Assembly: GCA_013115125.1 (NCBI GenBank)
Contig: JABANN010000250.1
Span: forward strand, 1 to 47,405
Source: Perkinsus olseni
Lineage: Eukaryota
Length of the DNA: 47,405 nucleotides
Direction of reading: 5' to 3'
Under the pieces are notes generated by a model, which made no database searches, was not told where the DNA came from, and saw only the letters and a program-made list of their open reading frames with translations. The position numbers and the translations under genes are program-made. Of the stretch, positions 28,495 through 40,167 are shown in pieces (positions within the stretch are counted from its first letter, which is position 1; the number at the start of each line of letters is the position of its first letter).

Positions 28495-30030
28495 TCAACT
28501 GACAGCGATCATTTGGACCCCCGGGAGGCCTTCCACAGGCGGTCTCAAGTCATCGTCAGTCGACGGCGATCGGCTCCGCTTTCCACTCATGTGGTAGGCG
28601 GCCGCAGGGGCGTGTGCTGACTGATCATATCCTCTCAACTCGTGGTCTTGGTCGATCCGGAAAATCTTGAGGAGCCTCATCGCGCCAAAGACGACAGCGC
28701 TGCAGCCGCCAACGTACCCGATGATTGCGACGATGCCAAGCAATTGGATGCCGAACTGGTACCCGGCACCAACGTCGGGGGAGAAACTCATCGAACTCAT
28801 TCCCTTGGCGAAGTCGAAGAAGGGGACGGCCAAGACGCCCCATATACCGCAAACACCGTGGATGGGGAAAGCGTCGAGCGGGTCGTCGATTTTCAGGAGG
28901 CGAATTCCTGCTGAGGCACACTGGTAGAAAACACCGCCGATCGCGCCGATGATGATGGCGCAGCCGGGGATGACATTCGAGCAGCCGGCGGTAATTGAAA
29001 CCAGTCCAGCTAGGATGCCGTTGCAAACACCTGCCACGTCAAACTTGTGGCCGGGAAGAAGACCGAAGCGGATAACGAACAGAGTGAAGCCTCCAGAGGC
29101 TCCGGAGAGGACAGTGTTGACGGCGGCGAGGGCGGCGGTGTGGGCCGTAGCTGCATCGCTCATGCTGAGGGTCGAACCGGCGTTGAACCCGAACCAACCG
29201 AACCATAGGATGAAGGTGCCGAGGACGATCAGAGGGATCGAGTGAGGGTCGAAGACGGACTGATCGACACTGGGGTCGAACCTTCCACGACGGGGTCCGA
29301 GAATAGCAGCGCCGACCAGCGCACCGATTCCGCCGGTCAGATGGACGATTCCGCTGCCGGCGAAATCAAAGTAGGGAGAGTCGAAGTCGTTGGTGAGCCA
29401 GAATTCGCCGCTCCAACCCCAGGCAACTACGAAGGGGTAAATAAAGCCCGTCATGATCGCCGAGTAGACGAAATAGCTGACAGAGTTGACACGCTCAGCG
29501 ACACCGACACCACCGGACACGATGGTAGCAGCAGTCGCTGAAAAAGCCCACTGGAAGAACCAGTCCTTGAGGGCGTACTCGCCAGCCACAGGGACGTTGC
29601 TGCCATCATCAGGCCAAGACGTGAGGCCACGACCGAAAAAGCCATGCGAGTCGCCGTAACCATAGGCGATGGCAAAACCAAACGCCCACCAGAAGAGCGT
29701 ACCGACGCAGACGTCCAATAGATTCTTCAAAAGGATACTCTGCACGTTATTAACCCTGACGGCGCCGGCCTCGAGGGAAGCGAACCCGGCTTGCATGAAC
29801 ATGACCAAGGCACCGCAGACCAGCAGCCAAATGGTATCGGTCGCGGCCTTCAGACCATCTTCGGTAGCCGATTGAAGTGACCTAGAGGAGCTCTCCAAGT
29901 CCACTACACGGGCTTGCAGCAGACGATATTCTCGGAGTAAATCAGCAGTGCTCAACTCGTCGGTGGCCTCGATGATGGTCAACACCAACAATAAGGTGAC
30001 TAGGGTAGGCAAAGGAATCGAAGGTGCCAT
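28495..30030 (-). CDS. AMT: Ammonium transporter (Amt/Mep), intronless, with N-terminal signal peptide
   Basis: FMQAGF..LEAG, FFQWAF, DFAGSGIVHLTGG, LGPRRGRF, WFGWFGFNAGS, NGILAGLVSIT, IDDPLDAFPIHG, C-tail ELRGYD..H. Confidence 0.97.
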   Translation of the reverse strand: MAPSIPLPTLVTLLLVLTIIEATDELSTADLLREYRLLQARVVDLESSSRSLQSATEDGLKAATDTIWLLVCGALVMFMQAGFASLEAGAVRVNNVQSILLKNLLDVCVGTLFWWAFGFAIAYGYGDSHGFFGRGLTSWPDDGSNVPVAGEYALKDWFFQWAFSATAATIVSGGVGVAERVNSVSYFVYSAIMTGFIYPFVVAWGWSGEFWLTNDFDSPYFDFAGSGIVHLTGGIGALVGAAILGPRRGRFDPSVDQSVFDPHSIPLIVLGTFILWFGWFGFNAGSTLSMSDAATAHTAALAAVNTVLSGASGGFTLFVIRFGLLPGHKFDVAGVCNGILAGLVSITAGCSNVIPGCAIIIGAIGGVFYQCASAGIRLLKIDDPLDAFPIHGVCGIWGVLAVPFFDFAKGMSSMSFSPDVGAGYQFGIQLLGIVAIIGYVGGCSAVVFGAMRLLKIFRIDQDHELRGYDQSAHAPAAAYHMSGKRSRSPSTDDDLRPPVEGLPGVQMIAVS

Positions 30031-30657
30031 GAAAACACAGCACCGAGAAACACACTGCGGAGCGGCTTGGACATTACGATTTCAGTGCCAGCATCGTGTC
30101 CGGGTGAGGCTATGGGCGAGCGATGAGAGACGCCACAAGACGCAGTAACGCAGAGTATAGCGAAACGAAATATCCGCGATGTGCGAAGGAAAGACGACGC
30201 CCGCTGTGCTCGAGCTCGCCTGAGGTGAACTCTCGCGCCGTAGCCCCATCTGAGGTTTGTTGCTAGTTTGAACGGAAGTAATGGAGACTGTGGAATTCTC
30301 GGTCGGGTAATGTGGCAGGCAAACGACGTGGCCAACACTCATGGCTCATCGGAACCTCAGCGAGAGTTGTGGTATCTCGGCCTAGTGATCGGGGAAGAGA
30401 CTTTCAGTCACGGAGCTCTGGTCGCCGTCTTTCTCGATCACTGACACTTGCTGCTGCAATTTCGGACACCGCCGCTTCAGGCTGACTTCGGATGCACCGT
30501 TGAAGATGTTACGGACGCAACACTGAACAAGATTCACTACTCCATTAGGCTACTGTAGTTAGGCTAGGTCATGGAACAACGGTAAAAAATACAGTCACTA
30601 CTATAAGTTATCAAAAATCTCATATCGTTCATCATCAGCAGAGAAACCCCCCCCGGA

Positions 30658-32208
30658 TCATGTGCTGCTGAGATCATCAAAATCATGGGCCCGCGAATCC
30701 CAGCTGACCCCGGCATTGAGGTTGTTCAGTTTAGACGTTGTCCCGCGTTCAGGCCGTCGACCCTCTTCCAGCGAAGGTCGAGGACAGCGCTCAATGGCCG
30801 GGGCCGCGTCCACGCGAAGGAAGTGTATCATACGGAAGAGGCCAAAGACAAAGAGGCTAGACGCCCCGACGAATGCCGAGATGACCACGACCGCAAGAAG
30901 TTGGATCCCGAATTGGTAGCCAACGCCCACGTTCGGGGCAAAACTGATGGAACCCATGCCGTCGGAAAAGTCCAGCAGGGCCACTGCCAGAACGCCCCAG
31001 ACACCGCAAGCTCCGTGTATAGGGAAAGCATCAACGGGATCGTCTATCTTCAACAGGCGAATCGACCAGGAAGATATCTGATACAGAATGCCTCCTACAA
31101 CGCCTATTATGAGAGCTCCGCTGGGAGTCACGTTGGCGCAGGGGCCTGTGATCGACACTAAGCCAGCGAGGACGCCGTTGCAAGCCGCCTTCACGTCGTA
31201 CTTGTGATACTTCAAGATGATGTACCGCAAGATGAAGGTCGACAACCCGCCCATGGCCGCACTTAACGTGACATTAACAGCGATCAGGCTCGCAGTGATG
31301 GCTTGGGCGGTAGTGTGCAGGGCGTGAGTCGATCCCATGTTGAAGCCAAACCATCCAAACCAAAGGAAAAGAGTGCCGAGGACTATCAAAGGCAAGGAGT
31401 GGGGATCGAAGTCGGCCTGGTCCACGCCCTCCTTGAAACGGCCAGACCTCGGCCCTAGGACCACAGCGCCAGTGAGAGCCCCGATGCCGCCTGTCAAGTG
31501 TATGACACCGCTGCCAGCGTAGTCATAGTAGGGGGAGTCAAACGAGGTCCGAAGCCAACCGTCGGGATTCCAAGTCCAGGACACCACCAAGGGGTAGATG
31601 ACGCTAACCATGATCGCCGAATAGATGAGGTAACTCTCCACCCGGGCCCGCTCGGCGATGCCCCCCGACACTATCGTCGCGGCAGTGGTTGAGTACCCCC
31701 AGTGGAAGAACCATTCAGAGAGGGAAAACGTGCCGGCGGCTGGGGTAGTGCTGTCATCAGGCCAAGACAAAAGCCCCTGGCCGAAAAAGGCGTTTTGGGA
31801 CTCCTGAAGACTGTAGGCGATGGCGAAGCCAGTGGCCCACCAACAGAAGCCTCCGACGCAGACGTCGAGGACGTTCTTCAGGAGGATGCTCTCGACGCTG
31901 GCGATTCGAACGGAGCCGACTTCTAGCGATGTGAAACCGACTTGCATGAAGAAGATGAGAGCACCGCATAGGAGTAGCCAGAGGGTGTCGGTGGCGAAGG
32001 AGAGCTCCTTTACGGCCTCGTCGAGGGAGGCAAGCGTCGGGTCCTCTCCGGACTGCAGACGGCGATGCGCGGTGGCGGTCGGCAGCTCCGGCAAAATGCC
32101 CGATTCAGTATCCATCGGGTACGTTGCCGATTGAGCATAGCAGACCAGTGAGGTACTTGCTACTACCACCACCAGCAGCAGTGGTAGGGGCGGAAGGGAC
32201 AGAGGCAT
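30658..32208 (-). CDS. AMT: Second ammonium transporter (divergent tandem paralog), intronless
   Basis: FMQVGF, DYAGSGVIHLTGG, WFGWFGFNMGS, IDDPVDAFPIHG. Likely start is ATG 32208 (MPLSLPPLPLLLVVVVA.., signal peptide). Confidence 0.95.
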   Translation of the reverse strand: MPLSLPPLPLLLVVVVASTSLVCYAQSATYPMDTESGILPELPTATAHRRLQSGEDPTLASLDEAVKELSFATDTLWLLLCGALIFFMQVGFTSLEVGSVRIASVESILLKNVLDVCVGGFCWWATGFAIAYSLQESQNAFFGQGLLSWPDDSTTPAAGTFSLSEWFFHWGYSTTAATIVSGGIAERARVESYLIYSAIMVSVIYPLVVSWTWNPDGWLRTSFDSPYYDYAGSGVIHLTGGIGALTGAVVLGPRSGRFKEGVDQADFDPHSLPLIVLGTLFLWFGWFGFNMGSTHALHTTAQAITASLIAVNVTLSAAMGGLSTFILRYIILKYHKYDVKAACNGVLAGLVSITGPCANVTPSGALIIGVVGGILYQISSWSIRLLKIDDPVDAFPIHGACGVWGVLAVALLDFSDGMGSISFAPNVGVGYQFGIQLLAVVVISAFVGASSLFVFGLFRMIHFLRVDAAPAIERCPRPSLEEGRRPERGTTSKLNNLNAGVSWDSRAHDFDDLSST

Positions 32209-32419
32209 GTAACACCACTGAGGAACGACAACGGCGATTACCACCAACGAGGGTGCTGCACTACTTCCGAAGAGTACTAGCTCTTACCGTGCGCAACTTC
32301 GCAACTATCGTAGCAGTCACCGAATTCCGCAGGATTGAAAACACGAGACAGCGATCGAGGGAAGGTTACACATCCGAAACAAAAAATGGATGAACTCATC
32401 TTCAACTATGACGCTGTTG

Positions 32420-33723
32420 CTATTGACGACGATGGTCCTGCTCATCATCATCATCATCCTCCGCATGCTTGTCCTCGATCAATGCATCTGACAACGACGA
32501 GACGTGTGAGGCTGGCTGAGGTGTCGACGCAGCGCTCATCCTATGGGACCTACAGTTCAGGGCGCAGAGAGCCGAGATGAGCGTCAGTTGGATCATCGTG
32601 GACTTCCACGGCAGGTTGGATACCACGTCCTGACGGATACAACATAGGCCGGAAGTGAGACCAGCGTCAGACTACCATCAAGGGCTGTGGGTCGGGTAGG
32701 TTGGGGTTCTCGCTTTGGCATCTCAGTATGGTAGACATACTCAGGAAGGGCGTAGTGAGGACAGCACCATGACCGACAAGGCAAGCTCGAAGCTGACAGG
32801 GGCAAGTGTTGCTAGGCTGCGGGCTGCTGGGCTCGATCGAGCGCCTACCACTAATTCGTCTGTTTTGTCCAGCTTCGGATGTCGCGATCGCAAGAGGGAC
32901 ATGACCCACTGGGAGAACTCCTCGTATGATAAGGAAATCATGTAGGGTATAACTCCCGACCAAAGGCCGCCAACGCCGTCATACCTGACAGGGATCGATC
33001 CTGGGGCCTTCGGGTTGCAAGACGATCTCCTCAACCAAGTACACTGTGGCTCTCCTCAGCCAACCCTGTTTTACTACTTAACGGTCTCCTTGAAGCACTG
33101 CTGCAGCCCACAGTCCAATATCGGGTCCTGTCCATAAACAGCGATACGGGCTGTCGCCAGCAGCAACGGGTACGTTACGAACTCCACTGCGTACCTTTCC
33201 ATGGTAGACGACTCGCTCCGACCACTGCCACGAGAAAGGTAAACAGAAGAAGAGTTACCTGTAGGCTGTCTTCTTCCTAGAGCTCACCTCGAGCCCCGTC
33301 GCGGGGTACTTGAGGATGACCTTGGCGCAACTGTGCAAAATATTGACCTAAGTTGGGGAGGGAGAGGAATCTCAGGTCGCACCGCGAACAGCGCAAGCTC
33401 GATAGGCCCATCAAGGCTCCAGACTCCCTTAGTACGTCCACTCCCCTGAACAGTGCTCCCACGCCATAAACGTGTTTGATATCTTTCATTTTGTGCAGCA
33501 CCAAAGGCATGCGGATCTTTTCAGCCTTCCGCAATGCTAGCAGCTGCGGGTCCTTGTAGACCAACAGACGAGCATTCGCCTACAACGACAGGAGAGATTG
33601 AGCACAGTCGAGTACCACTAGAAGCACTACCATGAACATAGGATAGGTAAGCAGGAGCGTCGGGGACGGGACCAAGTCCTTGAAGAGCTGCTTCAGTGAG
33701 CTACTGTCGTCGTGTCTCGTCAT
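32420..33723 (-). CDS. Degenerate mitochondrial-carrier (SLC25)-fold protein, MTCH/Ugo1-like, ~8 exons
   Basis: Three repeats after splicing: LLTYPMFMANARL..YGVGALFRGV; FVTYPLLLATARI..YDGVGGLWSGVIP; LTTPFLSMSTILR; acidic tail EDDDDDEQDHRRQ*. Confidence 0.7.
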
Positions 33724-33762
33724 AAAGGAAAGGGCAACAAACCTATATGGGAGCTCGCAGGA

Positions 33763-35332
33763 TCAGTCGTTAGACAAGGACTGATGGCTCAGCCCGCTGT
33801 CCCTTCCCCAGATCCCGAACCCAACAAGGTCTTCCACCAGAGACAGGAGAACAGGCATGTCTCAATGGCATGCCAGGGATCTCGTCGGTCTCCTTAAGCT
33901 CTAAAACTGACCGGTCTTTCTCCTTGGCAGCCCTATCCACTGGCTTTCGGAAAAAGACGTGGCGATCTCTGGACGGGACACGCGAGACAGCTATTCCTCA
34001 GAGGAGTAACTCACGGTCAATCCATCACGATCACTGAGGTATCTTCTAGCCCCACTATCAGTACGCGTCAACCTACCAGACCGCGTTTTCTAAAATGCCA
34101 AGATACGCCGTCATACACTACTCGGTATCCTGCCTTCGGCGGAGGCATCTCTTCATATTCGCGCTTCGCTCCGCTAGTGCCTTCTCCTCATTCTCCCTGA
34201 GCCTCCCATATAGCTACCTTCACCGCACGAGCCCACCACTACCGATGAAGTTGCCGTTGCAGTCGGTCCTTTTCAATCTTCGTCACTGCGCCACGAATTT
34301 CCTTGCCATGTCGTTCCATCATCAGCTTCATTCTCAAATTCTGTCTGTCGATGGCCGTCCATGTCCAGCCAGAATGCGGGCGCCCTCATCCCTACTGTCT
34401 GGTCGCCTCCTTAGCACTTCTCGCTCCGTCTCTCGCGGTCAGACTTTGGATCCTCCCTTTCAAGCTGCAGGCCTCCTGGTAACACCCTACACTTCCCACA
34501 GCCCCTCTTGCTAACGACTACCCCGCTACTACCAAGCTTGCCAAGAATATGATACTTCTTCTCCAAATCCCTCAGCTCGGTGGATTTGCGAAGTCCTCGG
34601 TTGGACCCAGGATACGACTGAGCTTCGAACTCCTCCATCTAAGACGATCTACAGGCGTTCGGGCCTCGATTATCATCTGCGCGACTCCGCAAAGCCCGGG
34701 CCTTATCAATAGAATTCGCCACTCTCAGCAGCATCGCCTCCAAGGACACATGAGAATTTTGCGAGACCGAAATTCTCATCCACTGTGCACGCACAGTGTA
34801 AGTCAGTTTCTGGATTGCCGCCTAAGACCCCAGACCGGAGAATCCGCCCGCACGTCTCATCATCCTCTACGCTACTAACTACATGAACCCCGCAAGCTTC
34901 CGCTGATACTCAGCGTGGATGAGATATCCAAAGGCATGTCGTGCAAAGGAGAATAGTGAAAAAGAGAAGCCACGGTACTTTAGTGATATGGCGCTGTTGT
35001 ATCCGGTTCAACATGGCGAAGGCTCGAGCCTCATATTCCAGCATGAATCGGTCCCATGCCTCCACGAATGCCCGCTGTCGATGCTCAATCACCTGAAGAG
35101 TACCTGTGGACTGCCGTTACTACCACTACTATCGGTAACAGCGAGCGACCTGCTACCCACGAAAAAATGGCCATCTCACCAAATCCAGTGCCTCGGCCTC
35201 TTCTCTATGTTGGTCCCTCATCCGATGGCGCGTCTAACGTGATCATCCGGAGACCGTAAGAGCCCACCGGTACCTCCCTCTCCACTATAGTCGCTTCTGT
35301 AGCGATTCCAGTATCCGTTCTCCGGTCGCCAT
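33763..35332 (-). CDS. Coiled-coil protein of unknown function (both ends uncertain)
   Basis: Spliced exons RMRDQHREEAEALDL | VIEHRQRAFVEAWDRFMLEYEARAFAMLNRIQQRHITK | MEEFEAQ..RKSTELRDLEKKYHILGKLG | ..LRENEEKALAERS..RYLSDRDGL. Confidence 0.6.
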
Positions 35333-35954
35333 GACTTCTGTAAAATTTGGTCGCTGGCCCACGAGTTCGCTCTACCTCACCCCCTCATTGCGTCCTTTTC
35401 CCGGTCAAGGTGTTTCGAAGTAGAATAGGGGAAGGCAGAAACACTCATGTCCTTCGCCCGAGAAGACATGAAGGCTTGACTGGGGTGGAAGGAGCACACT
35501 ATACGCTGTTTTCGAGCCTTGATTGGAAGTGCTTGAATACCCGACGAGTCCAGGATTCAGTTGGCGGGCCACAAGAGCTCGAACTTTCACGAATGAGGGT
35601 GCGATCGGATGGCGACGAAATCGAATAGTGTGTGACAGTTTCTTATGTTCCGTTGCCGGTGAACGCCTATTTTCAGGCTGGAGAGTAAGACGAGATTTCA
35701 TTCTGCGCCACACCGTGGAGAGAGATCGCAGAGCACATCTTATGGTCGAACCACGTAAAATATCTAGAGGTCGAACCATGCGACGTATCTTGAGGCCATG
35801 CCACGCAACGTCGCGTGCGCATGCGTGCAGACGATCTCGCTCGCCGCGCGTCGCGCAACCTGTGGCGTTTGTTGATCGTTCGATTACTCTAGGGTCGAGG
35901 ACCGCTCATTCCGTGGTACTTGTTCGAATAGTCAGGTTAACTTTGTCTTCCAAT

Positions 35955-37892
35955 ATGGCCAAGAAGTCTCCTGCCATCGGAATTGATCTTGGTACCACCT
36001 ACTCCTGCGTTGGCGTCTGGAAGAACGACACTGTTGAGGTCATCGCCAATGACCAGGGTAACCGTACCACTCCCTCCTATGTCGCCTTCACCGACACCGA
36101 AAGGTTGATCGGCGATGCCGCCAAGAACCAGGTTGCCAGGAACCCTGAGAACACTGTCTTCGACGCCAAGCGTCTCATCGGCCGCAAGTTCAGCGATCAG
36201 GTTGTGCAGCAGGATATTAAACTGTGGCCCTTCAAGGTCTCTGCTGGTTCTGATGGCAAACCGATGATCGAGGTGCACTACCAAGGCGAAGTCAAGAAGT
36301 TCCATGCTGAGGAGATCTCCTCGATGGTCCTAGTAAAGATGAAGGAGACTGCCGAGGCATATTTGGGAACAAAGATCGATGATGCCGTCGTTACCGTCCC
36401 CGCTTATTTCAACGATTCCCAGAGGCAGGCCACTAAGGATGCTGGTTCCATTGCCGGTCTCAACGTCCTCCGTATCATCAACGAGCCCACCGCCGCCGCT
36501 ATTGCCTATGGTCTCGATAAGAAGGGTGAGGGTGAGAAGAACGTCCTCATCTACGATCTTGGTGGCGGAACCTTCGATGTCTCTCTCTTGACTATTGAGG
36601 ATGGCATCTTCGAGGTCAAGGCCACCGCTGGTGATACTCATTTGGGTGGTGAGGATTTCGACAACAGAATCCTCGACTTCTGCATGCAGGACTTTAAGCG
36701 CAAGAACCGCGGCAAGACTATCGAGGGCAACCAGAGGGCCATGCGTCGTCTCCGTACCCAGTGCGAGCGCGCTAAGAGGACTCTCTCTTCCTCTACTCAG
36801 GCCAGTATCGAGATCGATTCTCTCTTCGAGGGTATTGATTACAACTGCACTCTCTCTCGTGCCCGTTTTGAGGAGCTCTGCATGGACTACTTCAGGAACT
36901 CTATGGGTCCCGTCGAAAAGTGTCTGCGTGATTCCGGCATCGATAAGCGCAATGTGCACGAAGTTGTCCTGGTCGGTGGTTCTACTCGTATCCCTAAGGT
37001 CCAGTCTATGATTCAGGAGTTCTTCAACGGTAAAGAGCCCTGCAAATCGATCAACCCTGACGAGGCCGTTGCATTCGGTGCCGCCGTTCAGGCCGCTATC
37101 CTCACTGGTGAGGGTTCCAGCCAGGTCCAGGATCTCTTGCTTTTGGATGTGACTCCTCTTTCCCTCGGTCTCGAGACTGCTGGCGGTGTCATGACCAAGC
37201 TCATTGAGCGGAACACCACCATCCCCACTAAGAAGAATCAGACCTTCACCACCTACGCAGATAACCAGCCCGGTGTGTTGATCCAGGTCTTCGAGGGTGA
37301 GCGTGCTATGACCAAGGATAACAACCTTCTTGGCAAATTTCACCTTGACGGTATTCCTCCGGCTCCTCGTGGTGTCCCCCAGATCGAGGTCACCTTCGAT
37401 ATCGATGCCAACGGTATCCTCAACGTGAGTGCTCAGGATAAGTCTACTGGTAAGAGCAACCAGATTACCATCACTAACGAGAAGGGTCGCCTTTCCCAGG
37501 CTGATATTGACCGTATGGTCAGTGAGGCCGAGAAGTACAAGGCTGAGGATGAGGCCAACAAGGAGAAGATCGAAGCCAAGAACGGTCTCGAGAACTACTG
37601 CTACACCTTGAAGAACACTCTTCAGGACGAGAAGCTCAAGGATAAGATCTCTGATGAGGACAAGGCTGCTATCGAAAAGGCCGTCTCGGAGGCTCTTGAC
37701 TGGTTGGACAAGAATCAGTTGGCCGAGAAGGAAGAGTTCGAGGCCAAGCAGAAGGAGGTTGAGGGTATTGTCAACCCCATTATGATGAAGGTGTACCAGG
37801 CCGCTGGCGGCGATGCTGGTGGTATGCCCGAGGGCAGTGCTCCCCCACCGGCTGATGGCGGTTCTGGACCCACAGTGGAGGAAGTCGACTAA
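35955..37892 (+). CDS. HSP70: Cytosolic Hsp70, copy 1 (intronless)
   Basis: [46 protein letters not shown]. True start is ATG 35955, not the ORF-track start. Confidence 0.99.
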   Translation: MAKKSPAIGIDLGTTYSCVGVWKNDTVEVIANDQGNRTTPSYVAFTDTERLIGDAAKNQVARNPENTVFDAKRLIGRKFSDQVVQQDIKLWPFKVSAGSDGKPMIEVHYQGEVKKFHAEEISSMVLVKMKETAEAYLGTKIDDAVVTVPAYFNDSQRQATKDAGSIAGLNVLRIINEPTAAAIAYGLDKKGEGEKNVLIYDLGGGTFDVSLLTIEDGIFEVKATAGDTHLGGEDFDNRILDFCMQDFKRKNRGKTIEGNQRAMRRLRTQCERAKRTLSSSTQASIEIDSLFEGIDYNCTLSRARFEELCMDYFRNSMGPVEKCLRDSGIDKRNVHEVVLVGGSTRIPKVQSMIQEFFNGKEPCKSINPDEAVAFGAAVQAAILTGEGSSQVQDLLLLDVTPLSLGLETAGGVMTKLIERNTTIPTKKNQTFTTYADNQPGVLIQVFEGERAMTKDNNLLGKFHLDGIPPAPRGVPQIEVTFDIDANGILNVSAQDKSTGKSNQITITNEKGRLSQADIDRMVSEAEKYKAEDEANKEKIEAKNGLENYCYTLKNTLQDEKLKDKISDEDKAAIEKAVSEALDWLDKNQLAEKEEFEAKQKEVEGIVNPIMMKVYQAAGGDAGGMPEGSAPPPADGGSGPTVEEVD

Positions 37893-38217
37893 TTACATCC
37901 GGTGACGTTTTGACGCTTCGTATATCTCGAGTATTGATGCTTTGATTGCTAAGACTAAATATAAGCCGCATCTAAACACCATCCAGATACCCTGATACGC
38001 TTCGTGTTGTGTTTTTAGTATTCTCAATATATATTGGGCTCTTACATACTTCTTCAGCTCCATTGGGCTCGGTTTTGGTGGTTTCTCGAAGTTGCGGGGT
38101 GCTTAACGTGCACGCAAGCGCAAGCGCGCGGCAGGGCTTGTTAGCTATTGATCGATTGTGTGTTTGCTTATCTAGTGTCTCCTCAGTTCATAGACCCTTT
38201 AACAGTACCTACCAATC

Positions 38218-40167
38218 ATGTCAGATAAGAAATCGCCCGCTATCGGTATCGATCTTGGTACCACCTATTCTTGCGTCGGTGTCTGGAAGAACGACAACGT
38301 CGAAATTGTTGCTAATGACCAGGGTAACCGTACCACTCCCTCCTACGTCGCCTTCACCGACACCGAAAGGTTGATCGGCGATGCCGCCAAGAACCAGGTT
38401 GCCAGGAACCCCGAGAACACTGTCTTCGACGCCAAGCGTCTTATTGGCCGCAAGTTTACCGACCCTGTTGTTCAGCACGATATGAAGATGTGGCCTTTCA
38501 AGCTCCTTGATGGATCTGATGGCAGGCCCATGATCGAGGTTCACTTCAAGGGTGAAGTCAAGAAGTTCCATGCTGAGGAGATATCCTCCATGGTTCTCAT
38601 TAAGATGAGAGAGACCGCTGAGGCGTTCCTTGGAACCAAGGTCAATGATGCCGTCGTCACCGTCCCCGCTTACTTTAACGATTCCCAGAGGCAGGCCACT
38701 AAGGATGCTGGTTCCATTGCCGGTCTCAACGTCCTCCGTATCATCAACGAGCCCACCGCCGCCGCTATTGCCTATGGTCTCGATAAGAAGGGTGAGGGTG
38801 AGAAGAACGTCCTCATCTACGATCTTGGTGGCGGAACCTTCGATGTCTCCCTCTTGACTATTGAGGATGGTATCTTCGAGGTCAAGGCCACCGCTGGTGA
38901 TACTCATTTGGGTGGTGAGGATTTCGATAACAGAATCCTCGACTTCTGCATGCAGGACTTCAAGCGCAAGAACCGCGGCAAGACTATCGAGGGCAACCAG
39001 AGGGCCATGCGTCGTCTCCGTACCCAGTGCGAGCGCGCTAAGAGGACTCTCTCTTCCTCTACTCAGGCCAGCATCGAGATCGACTCTCTCTTCGAGGGTA
39101 TTGACTACAACTGTACTCTCTCTCGTGCCCGTTTCGAGGAGCTCTGCATGGACTACTTCCGTAACACCATGGGCCCTGTCGAGAAGGTCCTCCGTGATTC
39201 CGGTATTGACAAGAGGAGCGTCAACGAGATCGTCCTTGTCGGCGGTTCCACCCGTATTCCCAAGGTCCAGTCCATGATCAAGGAATTCTTCAACGGCAAG
39301 GAGCCCGCCAAGTCCATCAACCCTGATGAGGCCGTCGCTTACGGTGCCGCCGTTCAGGCTGCTATCCTCACTGGTGAGGGTTCCAGCCAGGTCCAGGATC
39401 TCTTGCTTTTGGATGTGACTCCTCTTTCCCTCGGTCTCGAGACTGCTGGCGGTGTCATGACCAAGCTCATTGAGCGTAACACCACCATCCCCACTAAGAA
39501 GACTCAGACCTTTACCACCTACGCTGATAACCAGCCTGGTGTGTTGATCCAGGTCTTCGAGGGCGAGCGTGCCATGACCAAGGATAACAACATTCTTGGC
39601 AAGTTCCACCTGGACGGTATTCCTCCGGCTCCTCGTGGTGTCCCCCAGATCGAGGTCACTTTCGATATCGATGCCAACGGTATCCTCAACGTGAGTGCTC
39701 AGGATAAGTCCACTGGCAAGAGCAGCAAAATCACCATCACTAACGAGAAGGGTCGCCTTTCTCAGGCTGATATTGACCGTATGGTCGATGAGGCTGAGAA
39801 GTACAAGGCTGAGGATGAGGCCAACAAGGAGAAGATCGAAGCCAAGAACGGTCTCGAGAACTACTGTTATACTTTGAAGAACACTCTTCAGGACGAGAAG
39901 CTTAAGGATAAGATCTCTGACGAGGACAAGGCCGCCATCGAGAAGGCTGTTGATGAGGCTCTCGGGTGGTTGGACAAGAACCAGTTGGCCGAGAAGGAGG
40001 AGTTCGAACACAAGCAGAAAGAGGTTGAGGGTATTGTCAACCCCATCATGATGAAGGTCTACCAGGCCGCTGGTGGAGATGCCGGTGCCGCGCCCGGTGC
40101 CGCTCCCGGTGAGGGGGCCGCCCCTGGCGGTGCCTCGTCCGGTCCTACTGTCGAGGAGGTGGACTAG
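38218..40167 (+). CDS. HSP70: Cytosolic Hsp70, copy 2 (intronless)
   Basis: 649-aa ORF with all Hsp70 signatures and C-terminal GPTVEEVD. Confidence 0.99.
   Translation: MSDKKSPAIGIDLGTTYSCVGVWKNDNVEIVANDQGNRTTPSYVAFTDTERLIGDAAKNQVARNPENTVFDAKRLIGRKFTDPVVQHDMKMWPFKLLDGSDGRPMIEVHFKGEVKKFHAEEISSMVLIKMRETAEAFLGTKVNDAVVTVPAYFNDSQRQATKDAGSIAGLNVLRIINEPTAAAIAYGLDKKGEGEKNVLIYDLGGGTFDVSLLTIEDGIFEVKATAGDTHLGGEDFDNRILDFCMQDFKRKNRGKTIEGNQRAMRRLRTQCERAKRTLSSSTQASIEIDSLFEGIDYNCTLSRARFEELCMDYFRNTMGPVEKVLRDSGIDKRSVNEIVLVGGSTRIPKVQSMIKEFFNGKEPAKSINPDEAVAYGAAVQAAILTGEGSSQVQDLLLLDVTPLSLGLETAGGVMTKLIERNTTIPTKKTQTFTTYADNQPGVLIQVFEGERAMTKDNNILGKFHLDGIPPAPRGVPQIEVTFDIDANGILNVSAQDKSTGKSSKITITNEKGRLSQADIDRMVDEAEKYKAEDEANKEKIEAKNGLENYCYTLKNTLQDEKLKDKISDEDKAAIEKAVDEALGWLDKNQLAEKEEFEHKQKEVEGIVNPIMMKVYQAAGGDAGAAPGAAPGEGAAPGGASSGPTVEEVD

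Noticed and set aside
30238-30255. CCGTAGCCCCATCTG resembling the SL 5' half
   Set aside because: Needs gaps, lacks the 3' half, and is on the wrong strand for the adjacent Amt gene.
35523-35954. 144-aa N-terminal extension on Hsp70 copy 1 in the ORF track
   Set aside because: Begins at a non-ATG codon, has no homology to the other copies, and the conserved start aligns to ATG 35955.
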